Below, piece after piece: positions 27,081-32,000 of a stretch of 32,000 nt of DNA. A model generated the notes under the pieces. It had not been told where the DNA came from. It worked only from the letters and a program-made list of their open reading frames with translations, and made no database searches. The DNA is from an uncultured Actinomycetes bacterium (GTDB taxonomy: Bacteria > Actinomycetota > Actinomycetes > S36-B12 > CAIYMF01). The position numbers were made by a program, and so were the translations under genes. Location of the stretch: NCBI GenBank assembly GCA_963843975.1, contig CAWJMG010000001.1, positions 600,001 through 632,000 of the forward strand. The letters are read 5' to 3'. Each line of letters begins with the position of its first letter. The first letter of the stretch is position 1.

Positions 27081-30000
27081 CTATTCGCCCCCTTCAGCGC
27101 TCAAGCCGAAGAAGCGTTCGAAGTACTCACTGAGCTTGGCGAGTACACGTTGCTTCTTCTCGCTATGCCCTCCTTCACTCGAGAACCGTGACGCTGGCGG
27201 AAGCACGCGGGTGATGGAGGTTCCTGTTGTCTGGATTGCGCCATCGCGGAACGCACGAGTGACGAACTCGTGAGTCTCTTTGGCGCGCAGGCCCTCATCC
27301 TCGATGAGCTGGCTCAGTTCCGCTGTCCGACGCTCGGCTACATATTCATTCCACTGCTGATCCACGGCGCCAGCTGCCGATACACGGTCGACGAAGGCCT
27401 CGATCAGGTCGCTCTTGTTTCGCAGCGTCGGGCTGGCGTCGACCGCGCGTGAGATCGTCGCGCGCAACTCCATGTCGTCACCGTTACCGTGCTCATCGCG
27501 GTACTTGGTCACGAGCATGAGTATGTAGTCGACGTTGATCTCGACCTGTCTTATGAGCTCAATCTCGAAGACTAGGTCGTCGTTGATCGACTCCTTCTCG
27601 GCCTCGTCGCCCTTGCGGAACTCGGCGTATAGGTCAAGGTAGATGCTGCGGTAGTCCTGCGCCTGGCGTTCGGTCAGGATCTCGTTGCCGGCAAAGTCAT
27701 CGAACGATGTCAGGATGTTCTGCAATCGCAGGATGGCACCGAAGAGCGCGATGAAGTCCTTCTGGGCGCTCTCGCCGACGATAAGTTGTCCCAGCGGAAA
27801 GCGCTCGAGAAGCTCCTGAACCTTTGCGGTGTAGTCACCGTAGTAGTCGGCGTAGGGCTTGAGCAGAACGACGCCACCCGCCTCCTTGTTGCCGAACAGC
27901 GCGATCGCGTCGTTCGTCTCCTGCTCGAGGTTCCGGAAGCTGACGATGTTCCCATATGTCTTCACGGAGTTGAGGATTCGGTTGGTTCGCGAGTAGGCCT
28001 GCACCAACCCATGGGATCGCAGGTTCTTGTCGACCCAGAGCGTGTTGAGCGTCGTGGCGTCGAAACCCGTCAGGAACATGTTGACGACGATCACGAGGTC
28101 GATCTCACGGTTCTTTAACCGAAGCGAGAGGTCCTTGTAGTAGTTCTGGAACTTGTCCGAGGTTGTATCGAACGAGGTTCCGAACATGTCGTTGTAGTCC
28201 TGGATCGCGTCGTCCAAGAACGACCGAGCATCAGTTGAGAGCGCGTCTGTCTCGAAGCCCTCCTCGTCGAGGTAGTCGTCATCCACCGCGGCGTTCGGCG
28301 CGTACGAATAGATGAGCCCGATCTTCAGCTTTTGATCAGGAGTGAGGTCACGCTGCTGCAACTCGAAATGGTTGTAGTACATGCGGGCGGCCTCAATAGA
28401 GGCGGTCGCGAAGATGGCGTTGAATCCGTTCACGCGGCGGTCCTTGAGCGTGTAGTGCTCGCTGCGCCGGGTCTTCTGGTCGAAGTGCTCCAAGGTGTAG
28501 GCGACAACCTGACTTACGCGCTCTGGTGCAAGCAGGGCTCGCTCGGTGTCGATGGCCGACACCTTCTTGTCCGAGATGCCTTCAGGCAGTTTGATCGTGT
28601 TGACGTAGTCGATACGAAACGGCAGGACGTTCTTGTCACTGATGGCGTCCACGATCGTGTACGTATGCAACTTCTCGCCGAACGCCTGTTCCGTGGTCTT
28701 GAGCTGGGGGTTACCACCGGTGCCGGCGTTCGCAGCAAAGATGGGTGTGCCAGTGAAGCCGAACAGGTTGTATCGCTTGAACGCCCTGGTGATGGCCGTG
28801 TGCATGTCGCCAAACTGCGAGCGATGACACTCATCGAAGATGATCACAACGTGGCCGTCGAAGATCGCATGACCCTTGTTCGCCGGTGAGCCGATGAACG
28901 TCGAGAGCTTCTGGATCGTCGTGATGATGATCCGAGACTGCGAGTTCCCTAGCTGCTTCTTCAGTACTGCCGTCGAGGTGTTTGAGTTGGCCGCACCCTT
29001 TTCGAATCGGTCATACTCACGCATCGTTTGGTAGTCGAGGTCCTTACGGTCCACAACGAACAGGACCTTGTCGACATCCGGCAACCGGCTGACGAGCTGC
29101 GCCGCCTTGAAGCTCGTAAGGGTTTTGCCAGATCCTGTGGTGTGCCAGACGTACCCACCCGCTGCGACGGTGCCAAGTTGCTTGTAGTTCGTTGAGATCT
29201 CGACCTTCTGCAAGATCTTCTCGGTCGCGACAATCTGATATGGCCGCATGACGAGGAGCATCCGGTCGGCCGTGAGAACGCAATAGCGCGTCAGGACCGC
29301 GAGCAACGAGTGCTTAGCGAAGAAGGTCCTCGCAAAACCAGTGAGGTCCTGGATGGGCTTGTTCGTCGAATCGGCCCACCACGACGTGAACTCGAACGAA
29401 TTCGACGTCTTCCGGAAACGCTTCTTACCCCGAGCGTCCTCGATGTGCTGGCGACGCGTCGTATTGCTGTAGTACTTCGTCAGTGTGCCGTTGCTAATGA
29501 CGAACAACTGCACGTAGTCGAACAGACCGGAGCCAGCCCAAAAGCTGTCGCGTTGATAGCGGTCGATCTGGTTGAACGCTTCACGAATATCGACGCCGCG
29601 TCGCTTCAGCTCCACATGGACAAGCGGAAGGCCGTTCACGAGCACGGTGACGTCGTAGCGATTCGACCGCGCTGCACCTCCTTCACCCTGGCCGACCTCG
29701 TACTGATTGATGACCTGCAAGCGGTTGTTGTGGATGTTCTTCTTGTCGATCAAAGACACGTTCTTCGTTGAGCCATCGTCCCGAGCCAGGAGCTGGACGT
29801 GATCCTCCTGAATTCGAACGGTCTTCTCCGACGCGCCCTCGTTCACACCGGCCACAGATGTGGTGAAGAACCGAGCCCACTCTGCATCCGAGAACGTGAA
29901 GCCGTTCAGAAGCTCGAGTTGTGTCCGAAGGTTCGCCACCAAGTCCGCTTCGTTCCTTAGCGGCAAGTACTCATATGCCTGCGAGCGGAGTAGACGGATG

Positions 30001-30131
30001 AACTCCGCTTCCAGCGCTGCCTCCGACTGATAGGCGGAGGCCCCAGCGTCATCCGACTTGAACTCGGCAACAACAGTGCTCTCCGAGCTCAAGGCAATGG
30101 GCTCGTAACGGCGAGGAGTCGAGTCGCTCAT
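27081..30131 (-). CDS. hsdR: Type I restriction enzyme, R subunit (HsdR)
   Basis: 1016 aa. Contains an N-terminal nuclease region, helicase motifs (TGSGKT, IIFDECHRSQ, FTGTP), QAYSRTNR and a C-terminal helical domain. It overlaps hsdS in ATGA. Confidence 0.92.
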   Translation of the reverse strand: MSDSTPRRYEPIALSSESTVVAEFKSDDAGASAYQSEAALEAEFIRLLRSQAYEYLPLRNEADLVANLRTQLELLNGFTFSDAEWARFFTTSVAGVNEGASEKTVRIQEDHVQLLARDDGSTKNVSLIDKKNIHNNRLQVINQYEVGQGEGGAARSNRYDVTVLVNGLPLVHVELKRRGVDIREAFNQIDRYQRDSFWAGSGLFDYVQLFVISNGTLTKYYSNTTRRQHIEDARGKKRFRKTSNSFEFTSWWADSTNKPIQDLTGFARTFFAKHSLLAVLTRYCVLTADRMLLVMRPYQIVATEKILQKVEISTNYKQLGTVAAGGYVWHTTGSGKTLTSFKAAQLVSRLPDVDKVLFVVDRKDLDYQTMREYDRFEKGAANSNTSTAVLKKQLGNSQSRIIITTIQKLSTFIGSPANKGHAIFDGHVVIIFDECHRSQFGDMHTAITRAFKRYNLFGFTGTPIFAANAGTGGNPQLKTTEQAFGEKLHTYTIVDAISDKNVLPFRIDYVNTIKLPEGISDKKVSAIDTERALLAPERVSQVVAYTLEHFDQKTRRSEHYTLKDRRVNGFNAIFATASIEAARMYYNHFELQQRDLTPDQKLKIGLIYSYAPNAAVDDDYLDEEGFETDALSTDARSFLDDAIQDYNDMFGTSFDTTSDKFQNYYKDLSLRLKNREIDLVIVVNMFLTGFDATTLNTLWVDKNLRSHGLVQAYSRTNRILNSVKTYGNIVSFRNLEQETNDAIALFGNKEAGGVVLLKPYADYYGDYTAKVQELLERFPLGQLIVGESAQKDFIALFGAILRLQNILTSFDDFAGNEILTERQAQDYRSIYLDLYAEFRKGDEAEKESINDDLVFEIELIRQVEINVDYILMLVTKYRDEHGNGDDMELRATISRAVDASPTLRNKSDLIEAFVDRVSAAGAVDQQWNEYVAERRTAELSQLIEDEGLRAKETHEFVTRAFRDGAIQTTGTSITRVLPPASRFSSEGGHSEKKQRVLAKLSEYFERFFGLSAEGGE

Positions 30132-31381
30132 ACGGCCAGATCCTCGAACTTGAGCAGGCGATCTCGATAGAACTCATACTGACGACTGCGCGCGTTCATC
30201 TCTGCGGAGATGTCGCTGCTGAGGCCGTTCGTTAGCGATTCGAAGCGGTCGAGTACGGATGCGATTCGCCGCTGCTCGGCAAGCTCTGGGATGGGAACCT
30301 GCACCTTGGCCAGCCGAGCCTTGGAAACGTTGAAGCGCGTTACACCGCTGGCCGTTCGGACGATTTGCGATCGCAGCTCTGCCGAGCGGAACAGGTGCTT
30401 CGCAAACTCTGGCTCGAGAATGTGTGGATCGTCCAGGCGCAATCCAAAGCAGAAGCTGTTCAGATACAGCGGCTCGTCGACGTCTGAGGTCACCACCGAA
30501 GACATGCCTACCTCGTCTGCCGTCTCGGACGAACCGGTAAAGAGGATGTCGCCTTTCCGTAGGGATCGCTGCTTCTCACCTGGCTCAACGTGAACCAGGT
30601 CTTCGATGTCACGATCGACGGCCAGGTTGTTGAAGACGTTGACATAGGAGACGTACCGCGCGTTGCCGCCGGTGAAGTCCGCCTTGGACTTTCCCGAGAG
30701 TCCGCCGAAGAACTTCCCAAGGTCGGACATAGACATCCGGCGGACACTTTCATCCGGGAACGCCATGAGCGAATCCCGATAGAACTCGTACTGACGGCGC
30801 CTTGCGGCCAACTCCGCTTCGAGCTCCTCACGTAGCCCGGCGTGTAGCTCCGTGAAGTGATCCAAGACGTCGACGATCTCCCTCTGCGCTTCCAACGGCG
30901 GAAGCGGGATCTTGAACTCCTTGACGGCCCGGTCCGTGATCGCCGGATAGCTAGCGCCTCGCTCGTTTGCTTCGACGTAGGCGTAGAAGTCCGCGGTTCC
31001 GAGCAAGTGAAAGAGGAACCCAGGGACGATCTCTCGCTGCTTTGGTCGAAGTACGCAGTAGCCCGTACTCGCTACCTGCCCGTCGTACTCCGCTTCGACG
31101 AGAACGTAGCGCTTGAGCATCGGCCGCGTCGTGGCGAAGAGGACGTCACCTTCGCGCACCAGTTGTTGGGCCCTACTCGGAGCATCATCGCTCGTGATAC
31201 TCGTCGCGGTACGGATCCGGTGAGTCAGGCGATCGACCGACGTCAAGTCGATGTAGAGGAACTCCCGCCCGGGAACCTCAGCCCATCGGACGGTTGAGCC
31301 ACGCTCCACGACAGAGCCCATGGACACGGATTTGACGCCTTGTGGGCACAGCTCTCTGATCAGCTCATGGATACGACTCAT
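30128..31381 (-). CDS. hsdS: Type I restriction-modification specificity subunit (HsdS) with two target recognition domains
   Basis: 417 aa. Two variable halves are each followed by the conserved coiled-coil repeat (ARRRQYEFYRDSLMAF and ARSRQYEFYRDRLLKF). It sits between hsdM and hsdR with overlapping stop/start codons. Confidence 0.9.
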   Translation of the reverse strand: MSRIHELIRELCPQGVKSVSMGSVVERGSTVRWAEVPGREFLYIDLTSVDRLTHRIRTATSITSDDAPSRAQQLVREGDVLFATTRPMLKRYVLVEAEYDGQVASTGYCVLRPKQREIVPGFLFHLLGTADFYAYVEANERGASYPAITDRAVKEFKIPLPPLEAQREIVDVLDHFTELHAGLREELEAELAARRRQYEFYRDSLMAFPDESVRRMSMSDLGKFFGGLSGKSKADFTGGNARYVSYVNVFNNLAVDRDIEDLVHVEPGEKQRSLRKGDILFTGSSETADEVGMSSVVTSDVDEPLYLNSFCFGLRLDDPHILEPEFAKHLFRSAELRSQIVRTASGVTRFNVSKARLAKVQVPIPELAEQRRIASVLDRFESLTNGLSSDISAEMNARSRQYEFYRDRLLKFEDLAV

Positions 31382-32000
31382 TACGCGCTCTCTAGGTCGG
31401 CGACAATGGCGTCGATCCCGGTGCGGAGTTCAGCTTGTCGGTCGACCATTCGGGCGATCTGTTCGTTGAGCGCCGAGATGTCCGTCGCTTCGCGAGTGTC
31501 CTCCGCCTCGACGTAGGACGAAACGGAGATGTTGTAACCGTTGGCCTCGAGGTCACTCGCCGGCACGAGCCGCGCGAAGTGTTCGATGTTCTCGCGCACC
31601 GTGAAGGCACTGAGGATCTTCTGCTGAAACTCTGGCAGGAGCTTGTTCTTGTTGCCGCTGCGAACACTGAGCGCCGACGCATCGATGAAGAGGACAGCGT
31701 TGTCCGTCTTCGACTTCTTCAGGACGATGATGCAGGTGGCAATACCTGTGCCGAAGAACAGGTCGGGCGGAAGCTGGATGACCGCGTCGACGTAGTTGTT
31801 ATCGATGAGGTACTTGCGGATCTTCGCTTCAGCGCCGCCTCTGTACAGAACGCCCGGGAACTCGACGATGGCCGCCGTTCCGTTCACCGCCAACCAGCTG
31901 AGGATGTGCATCGTAAAGGCGAGATCGGCCTTGGACTTCGGCGCAAGCACGCCAGCCGCAGCGAATCGCGGATCGTTGATCAGCATTGGGTTGGAGTCGC
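31381..32000 (-). CDS. hsdM: Type I R-M N6-adenine DNA methyltransferase subunit (HsdM), C-terminal part; the 5' end is outside the window
   Basis: The frame stays open to the window edge (the codons before the listed Met read DSNP). KADLAFTMHILSWLAVNGTAAIVEFPGVLYRGGAEAKIRKYLIDNNYVDAVIQLPPDLFFGTGIATCIIVLKK is typical of the post-NPPF region of HsdM. Confidence 0.88.
   Translation of the reverse strand, partial: DSNPMLINDPRFAAAGVLAPKSKADLAFTMHILSWLAVNGTAAIVEFPGVLYRGGAEAKIRKYLIDNNYVDAVIQLPPDLFFGTGIATCIIVLKKSKTDNAVLFIDASALSVRSGNKNKLLPEFQQKILSAFTVRENIEHFARLVPASDLEANGYNISVSSYVEAEDTREATDISALNEQIARMVDRQAELRTGIDAIVADLESA

Overview
The window comes from a high-GC actinobacterial chromosome and has two distinct parts.

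**Core region (1 to ~21,000).** Hand-counted GC is 73% at 5521-5580. Genes in order:
- Pmt C-terminus
- an intact IS481-family IS, inserted into a long intergenic palindrome
- a minus-strand run of mfd, a SurA-like lipoprotein gene, mazG and a DUF885 gene
- a tandem VOC-domain protein
- a superinfection-immunity-like small membrane protein
- a 652-aa acidic-repeat/TPR-like protein
- a PAS-PAS-GGDEF(degenerate)-EAL protein
- cystathionine beta-synthase
- an SGNH hydrolase
- a DUF4287 protein
- a BI-1/YccA-like membrane protein
- a membrane-anchored PemK-like protein
- a thiolase gene broken by two frameshifts

**Accessory island (~21,030 to the window end).** GC drops sharply: hand counts are 58% at 22741-22800, 48% at 25381-25440 and 53% at 27481-27540. 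The content looks like a defence island:
- an HTH remnant at the junction
- an unknown gene translationally coupled to an XRE-HTH/ImmA (HEXXH) fusion, which resembles RosmerTA
- an unknown ~529-codon coding region split over two frames
- a tightly coupled cassette of small membrane protein, ThsB-like TIR, HIT hydrolase and a second ThsB-like TIR
- a complete type I R-M operon (hsdM partial, hsdS, hsdR) directly upstream of that cassette

**Best candidate for an undescribed system.** The TIR-HIT-TIR-membrane cassette is Thoeris-like but has no recognisable ThsA (no SIR2, SLOG or Macro domain).

**Caveat.** Several genes carry frame disruptions, all of the single-base-surplus type. I cannot tell real decay from consensus error using sequence alone.
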